DNA of 64,000 bases from Chloroflexota bacterium (GCA_028874795.1 JAPPHT010000020.1:472-64471); one strand, 5' to 3'; counted from the stretch's first letter, positions 1 through 12,040 are shown. The notes: generated from the sequence alone by a model not told the origin. Program-made: numbers and translations.

Positions 1-23
1 CCGTGTCACAGGGCGTCAAGGAC

Positions 24-491
24 TCAGGTGGGGCGAGGCAAGAACCCACTTCTCTCGTCTGGGTGGTGTGGTTCGATGATGACGCTGCGTTGCTCTGCAT
101 CGACGACGTAGCGGCAACGATTGAGGATGTCTCGCCCGAGCAGCGACGGCAAACCGCCCGCGGCATGCTCCTCGTCAAGGGAGGCGATATCGACCTCTAG
201 GTTGAAGTAGTGCCAGCCTCCTCTGGGCCTGTCCTGGACAAAGATGAAGGCGTTCTTTTGTACATAGCTCATCGGGCCTCCAACCCCGCGAGCGACGATG
301 GGTTCCTGCTGAAAGGTCGAGGAGTGAAGGCCCATTGAGCTGATAGCGTCCCAATGGAGCGAAGTGGTATCGGCTCCGGTGTCGAGCATGAACTCTACAG
401 AAGCGGTTGCGTCCAGCCTGGGGAGATGTATCCACATCTGAACGTAAGGAGCGGGGACTCGTGAAGAGTCGAAGTAGCCGTGTGCCGCCAA
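24..491 (-). CDS. retropepsin-like aspartic protease
   Basis: 155-aa ORF with an FMLDTGADTTSL segment, the D-T-G-A active-site signature of clan AA retropepsin-like proteases. Confidence 0.6.
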   Translation of the reverse strand: MAAHGYFDSSRVPAPYVQMWIHLPRLDATASVEFMLDTGADTTSLHWDAISSMGLHSSTFQQEPIVARGVGGPMSYVQKNAFIFVQDRPRGGWHYFNLEVDIASLDEEHAAGGLPSLLGRDILNRCRYVVDAEQRSVIIEPHHPDERSGFLPRPT

Positions 492-492
492 G

Positions 493-804
493 TTACAAGA
501 TCAACCGCATTGGCTCTTTGGTGATGTATCTGGCGGCGACAAGGTTCCGGGGAACTCCACGGGCAGCCGCACTTTGCAGTACCTCTTCCAGTACAGGACC
601 GGTCCCCACGACCTTCCCCTTGTACACGACCACCCAGGAGTCGGGATGCTCCTTGCGCATCTGCTCCGTGATGGATGACAGGTACTCGCAGTCGTGGCTG
701 AACTGGTCAAGGTTGTCCTGCATCCGTGCGAACCCGCCCAGGGACCTTATGGCTGCCTCTGCTTGTTCGCGGATGGTGGATGTCGTTCCCGGCTGCGTAC
801 TCAC
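493..804 (-). CDS. small conserved hypothetical protein (DUF5678-like), paired with the aspartic protease
   Basis: The C-terminal part of ORF 493..933 looks protein-like (HPDSWVVVYKGKVVGTGP...ARYITKEP). GTG at 804 or ATG at 723 are possible starts. Its stop is 2 nt from the downstream gene start. Confidence 0.4.
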   Translation of the reverse strand: MSTQPGTTSTIREQAEAAIRSLGGFARMQDNLDQFSHDCEYLSSITEQMRKEHPDSWVVVYKGKVVGTGPVLEEVLQSAAARGVPRNLVAARYITKEPMRLIL

Positions 805-874
805 GTGGTCCTCCGGCGTATTGACCGCTACCGTCAGTCTACCGCCCGCGCCGACCCTCTCCAAGGGCCGCGTG

Positions 875-1327
875 TCACACGTCCGGCGACAGCCACACCC
901 GAAGCAGCACTGACTCCGACGCTGGCAGCGCAACGAGCGTCCGGGCGACGACGCCCCGCGACGCCAGCGCGCGCTCGACCTCCGATGGGTCGTCGATGCC
1001 GCGCACGACGTCGATGCGCGCCTGTCGCTCGCGGCCCCGGTGGTAGACGGTTGCCGGAGCGCCGCTCTCGATGTTGCGCCACCAGACGGCGCGGACGCTC
1101 GTCAGCGCGTGGAGCGCCCCACCCCCGGATGGACGGCAGACCACCGGCACGAGGTACGTCCTGCCGGTGCGACGGCCCTCGCAGCGGATGACGATGATGG
1201 TCCCGAGCAGCAGTGGGTGAAGCGGCGAGCGCACGACCCGCGCGATGGCGGCGTTGACGCGGCGGAACACGGCGGGGATGACCGTCGCCACCATCCACCG
1301 TGCGAGTCCGACCCTGAGCGCGCGCAT
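875..1327 (-). CDS. deazaflavin-dependent nitroreductase family protein (DUF385-like)
   Basis: 150-aa ORF. The IRCEGRRTGRTYLVPV segment resembles the GR(K/R)(S/T)G...P(L/V) core of F420H2-dependent reductases. Confidence 0.55.
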   Translation of the reverse strand: MRALRVGLARWMVATVIPAVFRRVNAAIARVVRSPLHPLLLGTIIVIRCEGRRTGRTYLVPVVCRPSGGGALHALTSVRAVWWRNIESGAPATVYHRGRERQARIDVVRGIDDPSEVERALASRGVVARTLVALPASESVLLRVWLSPDV

Positions 1328-1360
1328 GGGCCGAGGCTACCGGGGGCCGTTGGGGGTGTC

Positions 1361-1366
1361 TATAAT
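1361..1366 (+). promoter_or_regulatory. candidate -10 box (TATAAT) giving a near-leaderless transcript of the DpnI-like gene
   Basis: Perfect TATAAT, with 9 nt between the hexamer and the ATG at 1376. There is no clear -35 and no SD. Confidence 0.3.
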
Positions 1367-1375
1367 CCGCGCCCC

Positions 1376-2155
1376 ATGGACTTACGCTTAGACCTGACCG
1401 TCGCCGAGGGATACAAGAGCAAGAGCCAGATTGCTCGGCGTTTGACCGAAGATTGGGCGACTCGAAATCTCTACTGCCTCGCCTGCGCCTCCCCCCACCT
1501 TAATGCTGCGAGAACGAATACTGCAGTCTTGGACTACTCGTGCCCAACCTGCGGAGCGCCCTACCAACTCAAGAGCAAGAAGAGTCGGTTCGGTCGAAAG
1601 GTCGAGAACTCTCAGTACGACAAGAAGATGCGAGCTATTGCCGAAGGCTGTGCACCGCACTACGCATTTCTTCGATACTCGGTACCTACCGCGACGGTGA
1701 CCGATCTCTTTGTTGTTCCTGGCCACTTCTTTAGTCCTGCGGTAGTAGAGAAGAGACCTCCACTACCACCTCATGCTAAGAGAGCTGGCTGGATTGGCTC
1801 GAAGATAATCCTCGGGCAGTTGCCACCAGAGGGACGAGTCCCGGTTGTGGAAGGTGGGGCTGCACGCAACCCTATGGCAGTCCGTGACGACTGGCAGCGC
1901 TACCAGTTTCTCGCGGGTAAGAGAGGCGGTTGGGCTGCTGACGTGTTGTCGTGCGTCCGCGTGCTGGAGCGGGAGACGCAGAGCACGGAGTTCACGTTGC
2001 AGGACTTCTACCGGCGATTCCAGGCAGAGCTCGCTTCGCGACATACGGACAATCGGAACGTGCAGGCGAAGATTCGCCAGCAGATACAGGTACTCGCCAA
2101 AGGGCACGTGCTCTTGTTCGTGGATAACAGGGGACGCTACAGGGTCATAGCCTGA
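1376..2155 (+). CDS. DpnI-like methyl-directed (Type IIM) restriction endonuclease
   Basis: Collinear match to DpnI as I recall it: LTEDWATRNLYCLAC...DYSCPTCGAPYQLKSKK...RAGWIGSKI...EFTLQDFY...KIRQQIQVL...RGRYRV. The Cys4 ribbon, PD..xK core and C-terminal winged-helix region are all recognisable. The ATG at 1376 is in frame within ORF 1040..2155. Confidence 0.8.
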   Translation: MDLRLDLTVAEGYKSKSQIARRLTEDWATRNLYCLACASPHLNAARTNTAVLDYSCPTCGAPYQLKSKKSRFGRKVENSQYDKKMRAIAEGCAPHYAFLRYSVPTATVTDLFVVPGHFFSPAVVEKRPPLPPHAKRAGWIGSKIILGQLPPEGRVPVVEGGAARNPMAVRDDWQRYQFLAGKRGGWAADVLSCVRVLERETQSTEFTLQDFYRRFQAELASRHTDNRNVQAKIRQQIQVLAKGHVLLFVDNRGRYRVIA

Positions 2156-2206
2156 CGGCTCTCACCAACCTTGACACTTCCCACAACCGCGATCAACGAT
2201 CCGCGC

Positions 2207-2524
2207 ATGGCGCGTGACGGATTCCAACTCGTGCAGGAGGCTGTTTCCAACTGGGAGAGCCTGGACGGTGTCGCTGGTGTCGAGGTAGTTCAGGAGTGGC
2301 TCGGCAACACCAGCGAGCTCGGCTTCATGGCGAAGGTCACCTTGGAGGACGAACCGGAGCCGTTCTACATCCAGTTGACACTCGTCGACCCGCATGAGCG
2401 GATGGAATACTCCTTGGACGACGACCTGACTCAGGAGCAGTTCGACTTGCTCGCGCCTGTCTTCTATGAGGCGAGATTCAGGGAGAAGCCGCCTGTCCGG
2501 TGGCGGGACGAGCCTTGGGAGTAG
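2207..2524 (+). CDS. acidic hypothetical protein
   Basis: ORF 2171..2524 with an internal ATG at 2207. No recognisable motif. It lies immediately downstream of the DpnI-like gene. Confidence 0.35.
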   Translation: MARDGFQLVQEAVSNWESLDGVAGVEVVQEWLGNTSELGFMAKVTLEDEPEPFYIQLTLVDPHERMEYSLDDDLTQEQFDLLAPVFYEARFREKPPVRWRDEPWE

Positions 2525-2540
2525 CGCTTTCGATGCCCCA

Positions 2541-2561
2541 TCACACGATTAAATCGTGTGA
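2541..2561. terminator. perfect 21-nt palindrome between convergent genes (possible bidirectional terminator)
   Basis: TCACACGATTAAATCGTGTGA, a 10-bp arm palindrome between the stop at 2524 and the uvrA stop at 2588. There is no U-tract. Confidence 0.4.
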
Positions 2562-2587
2562 CGTATGCATTTGATCGCGTAGCCCCC

Positions 2588-5554
<2,967 letters not shown>

Positions 5555-5630
5555 GGACCTTGCGCTGGGGGTGTGTCTCGCGGCCCTTCCCATCGTTGAA
5601 ACAGGCTGCGCCGCTGGGGTAGATGGTACG

Positions 5631-5864
5631 TCAGCGCGCGGGGCGCGACAACGCAGCGTCGGCTTTGCTGGCTACCTCGCGCAGCAGCACACTCGCGCCG
5701 TCGATCTCTATCGCCACGGCGCGGCCCGCCTCATCGTAGTCCAGGACCACGCCCTCAGCGACTTCGACCGACCGGACGCTGGGCTTGTCCTCAAACTGCA
5801 CCCGGAGGATGTCCGATGCCTGGTCGTAGATGGATTCAGGCTTTCGCACTACCGCGTCAACCAT
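5631..5864 (-). CDS. DUF2283-like small protein (putative antitoxin partner)
   Basis: 77-aa ORF with [12 protein letters not shown]...[16 protein letters not shown], typical of DUF2283. It overlaps the upstream ORF by 16 nt. Confidence 0.55.
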   Translation of the reverse strand: MVDAVVRKPESIYDQASDILRVQFEDKPSVRSVEVAEGVVLDYDEAGRAVAIEIDGASVLLREVASKADAALSRPAR

Positions 5865-6094
5865 CGCTCTGCCTCCCCGTCGATGAATGCATTGTGCACT
5901 GTCTCGCCGTCGGGCTCAACCACCACTCTAAGGTAGTGCTGCAGTTCCTCGACGTAACCCCATAGGCGCGTACGTCCGGGACGAGGGTCGGGACGCGACC
6001 ACTCGGGACTCTGCATCACACGTTCACAATACTCATCGTTGAGATAGGGCCTTCTCTTCTCGACGATGTTCCGGTAGTACTCTGTGGCCTTCAT
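5849..6094 (-). CDS. DUF4258-like small protein (putative toxin partner)
   Basis: 81-aa ORF overlapping the DUF2283-like gene. The pair architecture is typical of this two-gene module. Confidence 0.5.
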   Translation of the reverse strand: MKATEYYRNIVEKRRPYLNDEYCERVMQSPEWSRPDPRPGRTRLWGYVEELQHYLRVVVEPDGETVHNAFIDGEAERWLTR

Positions 6095-6127
6095 TCGTCA
6101 GACAGTGTAGTGGCGCGGCTCGCATCC

Positions 6128-6499
6128 CTATACCCGGGCCCGCTTCAGCGGACGCCCCGGCAGGCGCGCCCAGACCTCGTCGCCGCGCACGAACGTCTCA
6201 TAGGCTGTCGCGTCGTACGTGTAGCGGTCGAGGCACTCGCCGGTGACGATGTCGAAGATCGCGGAGTGCAGCGGGCAGATCACCTGTCCCGGCTCCACGG
6301 TGCCCCATGAGAGCAGCGCGCCCTGGTGCGGGCAGAAGTTCTCCAGCGTGCCGACGCGCTCGCCGTCCCAGAAGACCGCGACCTCCCACCCCCGGTACCT
6401 GGGGTGCTCGATCTCGATGCCGAGCGCGCCCTTCTCCTGGAGCTCGCCCAGAGGACAGACGTAGTACTCGTTCAGCGTTGTTGGGGTCTGGCCGACCAT
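6128..6499 (-). CDS. Rieske (2Fe-2S) domain protein
   Basis: CPHQGALL...CPLHSAIF gives the CxH...CxxH Rieske ligands. The ATG at 6499 lies within the longer ORF 6128..6886. Confidence 0.8.
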   Translation of the reverse strand: MVGQTPTTLNEYYVCPLGELQEKGALGIEIEHPRYRGWEVAVFWDGERVGTLENFCPHQGALLSWGTVEPGQVICPLHSAIFDIVTGECLDRYTYDATAYETFVRGDEVWARLPGRPLKRARV

Positions 6500-6501
6500 G
6501 C

Positions 6502-6909
6502 CTACTGGATCTCGAGCAGCGGTTGCCCGGCCTCGACGGCCTGGTTCTTCTTGATCTTCACGCCCTTCACCACGCCGCCCCGCGCCATGCGCACGCTCTG
6601 CTCCATCTTCATGGACTCCAGCAGGCAGATCTCGTCGCCGGCCTCCAGCTCCTGGCCCTTGGTGATGGAGACGGAGACGATCTTGCCCGGCAGCGGGCAG
6701 CGGATGACACGCTCGTCGCCCTGCGTGATGCCGCGCAGACCGGGCTGCTCCGCCTTCGGCGGTCCGGCCCGGCGCACCGGCACGCCGGTGTCCGACGGGT
6801 CGCCGACCTCCACCAGGTACGTCTCGCCGTCCACGACGACCTCGACGGGCCGCTGGTAGAGGTCGCCCACCTCCACGTCGTACCAATCGTCATTCACTCG
6901 CACCCGCAT
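6502..6909 (-). CDS. biotin/lipoyl carrier domain protein (BCCP-like)
   Basis: C-terminal EICLLESMKMEQSV biotinylation motif. Only the last 135 codons of ORF 6502..8430 are credible. The start at 6909 follows the accC stop at 6918. Confidence 0.85.
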   Translation of the reverse strand: MRVRVNDDWYDVEVGDLYQRPVEVVVDGETYLVEVGDPSDTGVPVRRAGPPKAEQPGLRGITQGDERVIRCPLPGKIVSVSITKGQELEAGDEICLLESMKMEQSVRMARGGVVKGVKIKKNQAVEAGQPLLEIQ

Positions 6910-6917
6910 CCGTTTCA

Positions 6918-8405
6918 CTACAACACTCCGCTGCTGCTGAGGCGGTTCGCCATCGCCGTGCGGCGACCGTGCATCCGCCACCTGCTGGACTGTATCTCCT
7001 GGGGGGGCTCCTCTTCCAGCGCCATCACCACGGCTATCGCCGCCGCCAGCGCGCTGTTGCGGGCCGGCTCGTTCAACATCCGCTCCAGGAACGCATTGTC
7101 GAACGTGGCGTTCCTGAACTCGCGGTGCTCCATCACGCGACGGACCAGCGGGATGTTCACCACCGGCCCCTCGATGACGTACTGATCCAGCGCCGCGGTC
7201 ATCTGCGCGATCGCCTGCTCCCGCGTCTCGCCGTGGACGACGAGCTTCGCCATCATCGACTCGTAGTACGGCAACACCTCGTAGCCTTCGTACAGCGCGC
7301 TGTCCACCCGCACGTTCGGCCCTTCCGGCTCCACGAGGACGTCCACCGTCCCTGCTGTGGGCAACAGCATCACCGGGTCCTCGGGGTAGATGCGCGCCTC
7401 GATCGCCGCGCCGTGCTGTCGCACGTCCGCCTGCGAGAGCGGCAGGCGCTCGCCCGCCGCGACCCGAAGCTGCAGCTCCACGAGGTCCAGCCCCGTCACC
7501 ATCTCCGTGATGGGGTGCTCCACCTGCAGGCGCGTGTTCATCTCCAGGAAGTAGAAGCGCTCCTCGCTGGCGTCGTACAGATACTCGATGGTGCCCGCGT
7601 TCGTGTAGCCGATGCTCTGCACCAGCCGCACCGCGGAGTCCAGCAGCGCCTGCCGCACCTCCGGCTTGAGCTTGGCGCACGGCGTCTCTTCCACCACCTT
7701 CTGGTTGCGCCGCTGTACGGAGCAGTCGCGCTCGAACAGGTGCAGCGCCTTGCCGTGGTGGTCCGCGATGACCTGCACCTCCACGTGCGACGCGTTCAGG
7801 ATGCGCCGCTCCATGTAGACGCGGCTGCTGCCGAACGCGTTCAGCGCCTGCGAGCGCGCCCGCTCTGTCGCTTCCCGCACCTCCGACAGCTCGTTGACCA
7901 CGCGGATGCCCATACCGCCGCCGCCGTCCGCCGCCTTGATCATGAGCGGGAAGCCGATGCCGCGCGCTATCGCCTCCGCCTGCGCGTCGTCTATCTCGCC
8001 CTCCGCGCCGGGGCTGATCGGCACCCCGGCCTCCCGGGCGAGCCGCCGGGCCATGATCTTGTCGCCCATCTGCGCGATGACCTTGGACGTCGGCCCGATG
8101 AAGCTGAGCCCTTCCTTCTCGACGGCCTCGACGAACGCCGGGTTCTCGGAGAGGAAGCCGTAGCCGGGGTGGATGGCCTGCGCTTTCGCCTTCTTCGCCG
8201 CCTTGATGATGGACTCGCCGTTCAGGTACGACTGCGCTGCCGGTGCGCCGCCGATCTCGATGGCGCGGTCGGCCATCCGCACGTGGAGCGCCTTCGCGTC
8301 CGCGGAAGAGTAGACCGCGACGGCCTCTATGCCGAGGCGCTGGCAGGTGCGGATGACGCGGCAGGCGATCTCGCCCCGGTTGGCGATGAGAACGGTATCG
8401 AACAT
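6918..8405 (-). CDS. accC: biotin carboxylase subunit of a biotin-dependent carboxylase
   Basis: MFDTVLIANRGEIACRVIRTC..., ATP-grasp motifs and EMNTRLQVEHPITE. Start MFDTV at 8405. Confidence 0.95.
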   Translation of the reverse strand: MFDTVLIANRGEIACRVIRTCQRLGIEAVAVYSSADAKALHVRMADRAIEIGGAPAAQSYLNGESIIKAAKKAKAQAIHPGYGFLSENPAFVEAVEKEGLSFIGPTSKVIAQMGDKIMARRLAREAGVPISPGAEGEIDDAQAEAIARGIGFPLMIKAADGGGGMGIRVVNELSEVREATERARSQALNAFGSSRVYMERRILNASHVEVQVIADHHGKALHLFERDCSVQRRNQKVVEETPCAKLKPEVRQALLDSAVRLVQSIGYTNAGTIEYLYDASEERFYFLEMNTRLQVEHPITEMVTGLDLVELQLRVAAGERLPLSQADVRQHGAAIEARIYPEDPVMLLPTAGTVDVLVEPEGPNVRVDSALYEGYEVLPYYESMMAKLVVHGETREQAIAQMTAALDQYVIEGPVVNIPLVRRVMEHREFRNATFDNAFLERMLNEPARNSALAAAIAVVMALEEEPPQEIQSSRWRMHGRRTAMANRLSSSGVL

Positions 8406-8454
8406 AGGCGACCAGTTTATATGGCCGCACCCCCTTCCGGCCAACCTCGCCTGT

Positions 8455-8598
8455 TCCCTTCCCCCTCGACGGGGGAAGGCTAGGATGGGGGTGACTGGAC
8501 GGAGCATGGCTCCGTCGTTCCTGCGAAGGCAGGAACCTCGCATCCCTCCCCCTCGCCCCCTGGGAGAGGGGAACGCGCGTCAGCGCGGGGGTGAGGGC
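8455..8598. repeat. composite palindromic repeat (units A-B-C)
   Basis: Unit A is CTTCCCCC-loop-GGGGGAAGG..GGATGGGGGTGA. Unit B is GTTCCTGC-GAAG-GCAGGAAC. Unit C is CCCCTCGCCCCCTGGGAGAGGGGAACGCGCGTCAGCGCGGGGGTGAGGG. A near-identical copy lies at 9749..9892. Confidence 0.9.
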
Positions 8599-9546
8599 CT
8601 ACACGGACGGGGCCGCGAGGCCACTGCCTCCGGAGGAGCGACGGAGCTCTTCCAGCACGCCGCCGATGGCCGAGGCGTAGTCCTGCGGCTCGATGTGCGG
8701 GAAGAGCCTGTGCGCCAGGTCGTCGGTTACTACGACGTCGTTCCGGAGCCCTTCCACGAGCGCCCTCGTGATGTCGGTGGGGATGGGTGTGAACCAGTGC
8801 ACCCAGTACGAGGAGAGGCGGGGCGTGAGCACCGGGACGGCGAGCATCAGCCGGTGGAGCCCCCTTGCCCTGGCGTAACCGAGCATCATCCCTCCGTAGG
8901 TGGTCACGTCCCGCCCGCCCACCTCGATCGTGCGGCCACGGCACGCCGGGAAGTCCAGCGCCGAGACGAGGTAGTCCAGGAGGTCGTCGACGGCTATCGG
9001 CTGCACCCGGGAGTAGACCCATCGGGGGCAGACCATGACGGGCAGACGCTCCACAAGATAGCGGACCATCTCGAAGGAGATGCTGCCTGCCCCAACGACC
9101 ACGGCGGCCCGGAACTCGGTGACAGCGACGCCGCCTTGGCGGAGCGCCTCGCCGCACTCCTGCCGGGAACGGAGGTGCGGAGACAGGTTGGCGCCCGCAC
9201 CCAGGCCGCCCAGGTAGATGATGTGCTCGACCCCTGCATTCGCGGCGGCCTGGCCGAAGGTATGCGCGGCTCGGACGTCCAGCTCGTGGAACCCGGGGCC
9301 GCTGCCCATGCTGTGGACGAGGTAATAGGCGGTGCCCACGCCGTCCAACGCCTCGGCAAGGGCTGCGAGGTCGAGGACGTCGCCGACCGCTACCTTCACT
9401 CGCTCGGACCAGCTTCGGGACCGCACGCGGTCGGGGTCCCGGGCGAGAACGCGAACGGGGCGCCCTTTCTCGACGAGACGGGGGACCAGCCTTCCGCCGA
9501 TGTACCCCGTGGCTCCGGTGACCAGGATCGTTCGAGGAGCCGCCAT
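8599..9546 (-). CDS. NAD(P)-binding NmrA/atypical SDR family protein
   Basis: N-terminal ILVTGATGYIGGRLV Rossmann motif; 315 aa. Confidence 0.75.
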   Translation of the reverse strand: MAAPRTILVTGATGYIGGRLVPRLVEKGRPVRVLARDPDRVRSRSWSERVKVAVGDVLDLAALAEALDGVGTAYYLVHSMGSGPGFHELDVRAAHTFGQAAANAGVEHIIYLGGLGAGANLSPHLRSRQECGEALRQGGVAVTEFRAAVVVGAGSISFEMVRYLVERLPVMVCPRWVYSRVQPIAVDDLLDYLVSALDFPACRGRTIEVGGRDVTTYGGMMLGYARARGLHRLMLAVPVLTPRLSSYWVHWFTPIPTDITRALVEGLRNDVVVTDDLAHRLFPHIEPQDYASAIGGVLEELRRSSGGSGLAAPSV

Positions 9547-9691
9547 CCTGTCGCCTCCGCCTCTCCCTGCGCGGCAGTGAGGCGTCGCGCAGGGAACCGT
9601 TCCTACTTCTATTGTACGTGGCGCTCTCTTCTGGCCCGGCGGCCAACCCCTGCTCGGCGCAGGAGTGTCCCTCGTGGGGCGCCCCTTTTGC

Positions 9692-9892
9692 CCCCCTCGC
9701 CCCCCGGGAGAGGGGAACGCGCGTCAGCGCGGGGGTGAGGGCGCCTGGTCCCTTCCCCCTTGATGGGGGAAGGTTAGGATGGGGGTGACCGGACGGAGCA
9801 TGGCTCCGTCGTTCCTGCGAAGGCAGGAACCTCGCATCCCTGCCCCCCTCGCCCCTGGGAGAGGGGAACGCGCGTCAGCGCGGGGGTGAGGG
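9692..9892. repeat. composite palindromic repeat (units C-A-B-C)
   Basis: Same units as 8455..8598, with an extra C unit at 9692..9742. Hairpin stems are conserved while the loops differ (TCGAC versus TTGAT). Confidence 0.9.
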
Positions 9893-9907
9893 TGCCGCGT
9901 GTGAAGG

Positions 9908-11962
9908 TTGCCCCGCAGGTATACAATTCCCGCCGTGGCAACGCTCTACCGTTTCTCCCGATGGGACGGCTCCCAGGAGCCGTTCGAGGCCGACGCCGAC
10001 GCGCTCCTCGATGCGATGGCCGAGGACGTCATCGACCACGGCGACCTCCGCCGCGCGCTCCGAGACCTCATCCGGCGCGGCTCCCGCGAAGACGGCGCCC
10101 GCCTCCCCGGACTCGACGACCTGCTCGAACGCCTGCGCTCCCGCCGCAACCAGACGCTCGACCGCTACGACCCCGACTCCGTCATGCGCGACCTCAAGGA
10201 GCGGCTCGAGGACGTCATCCGCACCGAGCGCGCTGGCACCGACCGACGCCTCAGCGAGATCGAGGAAGACCTCGCCGGCATGAGCGGGGAGCAGGCGGAG
10301 CAAGCGTCGAAGATGCGCGACCTCTTCAAACAGCGCGCCGACCGCAACCGCGAACGCCTCGACCGGCTCCCCGAAAGCACGGCGGGCGCCATCCGCGACC
10401 TCCAGGACTTCGACTTCATCGACCCGGAGGCACAGCGCAAGTTCCAGGAGCTCATGGACGAGCTCCGGAAGGAGATGCTCGGCTCCGTCGCCTCGGAGAT
10501 GCGCGAGCAGATCGAGAACATGGACCCGCAGCAGATGGCCGCCATGCGCGAGATGCTGCGCGACCTCAACCAGATGATGCGGGACAAGCTCGACGGCCTC
10601 GAGCCGGACTTCGACGGCTTCATGGAGAAGTGGGGCGGCATGTTCGGCGACGATCCGCCGCGCAGCTTCGACGAGCTCATGGAGATGCTCGCCCGCCAGA
10701 TGGGGCAGATGCAGAGCCTCCTCGACAGCATGTCGCCCGAGCAGCGCCGCGAGCTCTTCGAGGCGATGAACGCCGCCATGGACCCCGATACCGCCGATGA
10801 GCTTGCCGAGCTCGCCGCCAACCTCGGGCAGCTCCTGCCGTTCAACGACTTCGCCGAGCAGTACCCGTTCATGGGCGAGGAGAGCATGACGCTCGAAGAA
10901 GCGATGAACGTCATGGGCGAGATGCAGTCGATGGACGACCTCGAGGCGCAGATCCGCCAGGCGATGCGCCGCGGCGACCTCGATGAGCTCGACGCCGACA
11001 TGCTCGAGGCGCTGCTCGGCGACGAGGCCCGCCAGGACCTCGACCGGCTCGCCGAGATCGCGAAGCGGCTGGAGGAGGCGGGCTACCTCCGGCGGGACGG
11101 CGACCGCCTGGAGCTCACGCCCGCAGGCGTCCGGAAGATCGGCCAGAAGGCGCTCCGCGACCTCTTCGGCACCCTCCGCAGGGGGCGCGCCGGCGATCAC
11201 GAGCTGACGTCGCGGGGCACGGGTGGCGAGCACACGGACGAGACGAAGCAGTACGAGTTCGGCGACCCGATGGAGATCCACCTGCAGCGCACCATCATGA
11301 ACGCCGTCGAGCGCCAGGGCACCGGCACGCCGGTGAAGGTCGGCATCCAGGACTTCGAGGTCCGGCGCACGGAGCACATGGTCCGTGCCGCCACCGTCCT
11401 GCTCATCGACCAGAGCAAGTCGATGGGGATGTTCGGCTCGTGGGGCGCGGCCAAGCGCGTCGCCCTCGCGCTGGAGGCGCTGATCCGCGGGAAGTTCCCG
11501 CGCGACCGCTTCTGGATGGTCGGCTTCTCCGACTACGCCGTCCCCATCAAGAGCGACGACCTCCCGACGCTCACGTGGAACATGTGGGTCTCCGGCACCA
11601 ACATGCAGCACGCGTTCGCCATGTCCCGTAAGCTGCTCGCCCCGTACAAGGACTGCTCGCGGCAGATACTCATGATCACGGACGGCGAGCCGACGGCCCA
11701 CCTGGAGGGCACGCGCTCATGGTTCAGCTACCCGCCGACCCACCGCACGATCCAGGAGACGCTGCGTGAGGTGCGCCGCTGCACGGCCGAGGGCATCACT
11801 ATCAACACGTTCATGCTGGAGACGAGCTACTACCTGCTGGACTTCATCGACCGCGTCACCCGCATCAACAACGGCCGCGCGCTCTACACCTCTCCCTCCA
11901 ACCTGGGCCAGTACGTCCTGGTCGACTACCTCAACAACCGCAAGCGCCGCATCGTCAGCTGA
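9908..11962 (+). CDS. von Willebrand factor type A (VWA) domain protein
   Basis: C-terminal VWA fold with a MIDAS-like LLIDQSKSMG and ...MITDGEPTAH. Long acidic helical N-terminal region. TTG at 9908 or GTG at 9935 are possible starts. Confidence 0.8.
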   Translation: MPRRYTIPAVATLYRFSRWDGSQEPFEADADALLDAMAEDVIDHGDLRRALRDLIRRGSREDGARLPGLDDLLERLRSRRNQTLDRYDPDSVMRDLKERLEDVIRTERAGTDRRLSEIEEDLAGMSGEQAEQASKMRDLFKQRADRNRERLDRLPESTAGAIRDLQDFDFIDPEAQRKFQELMDELRKEMLGSVASEMREQIENMDPQQMAAMREMLRDLNQMMRDKLDGLEPDFDGFMEKWGGMFGDDPPRSFDELMEMLARQMGQMQSLLDSMSPEQRRELFEAMNAAMDPDTADELAELAANLGQLLPFNDFAEQYPFMGEESMTLEEAMNVMGEMQSMDDLEAQIRQAMRRGDLDELDADMLEALLGDEARQDLDRLAEIAKRLEEAGYLRRDGDRLELTPAGVRKIGQKALRDLFGTLRRGRAGDHELTSRGTGGEHTDETKQYEFGDPMEIHLQRTIMNAVERQGTGTPVKVGIQDFEVRRTEHMVRAATVLLIDQSKSMGMFGSWGAAKRVALALEALIRGKFPRDRFWMVGFSDYAVPIKSDDLPTLTWNMWVSGTNMQHAFAMSRKLLAPYKDCSRQILMITDGEPTAHLEGTRSWFSYPPTHRTIQETLREVRRCTAEGITINTFMLETSYYLLDFIDRVTRINNGRALYTSPSNLGQYVLVDYLNNRKRRIVS

Positions 11963-11967
11963 CCTAG

Positions 11968-12030
11968 CCCGTCGTTCCTGCGGAGGCAGGAACCTCGCCT
12001 GGTGTAGGGGCGCCCCTTGTGGGCGCCCTG
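11968..12030. repeat. palindromic repeat (unit B plus GC hairpin unit D)
   Basis: CCCGTCGTTCCTGCGGAGGCAGGAACCTCGC followed by GGGCGCC-CCTTGTG-GGCGCCC. Confidence 0.8.
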
Positions 12031-12040
12031 CTCGGCCCCC

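Noticed and set aside
6502-8430. A 642-aa ORF spanning the accC region.
   Set aside because: Only its last 135 codons (6502..6909, the biotin carrier domain with the ESMKMEQ motif) are credible. The remainder is an alternative frame of accC.
9875-11701. Very long ORFs antisense to, or out of frame with, real genes. Examples are 9875..11701 (608 aa), 20426..22354 (642 aa), 42079..44166 (695 aa), 27237..29138 (633 aa), 4157..5599, 2601..4220, 6969..8483, 31473..32963, 52544..53392 and 54752..55936.
   Set aside because: They have Arg/Ala/Gly/Pro-rich, low-complexity composition typical of non-coding frames in high-GC DNA. Each overlaps a gene with unmistakable family motifs on the other strand or in another frame.
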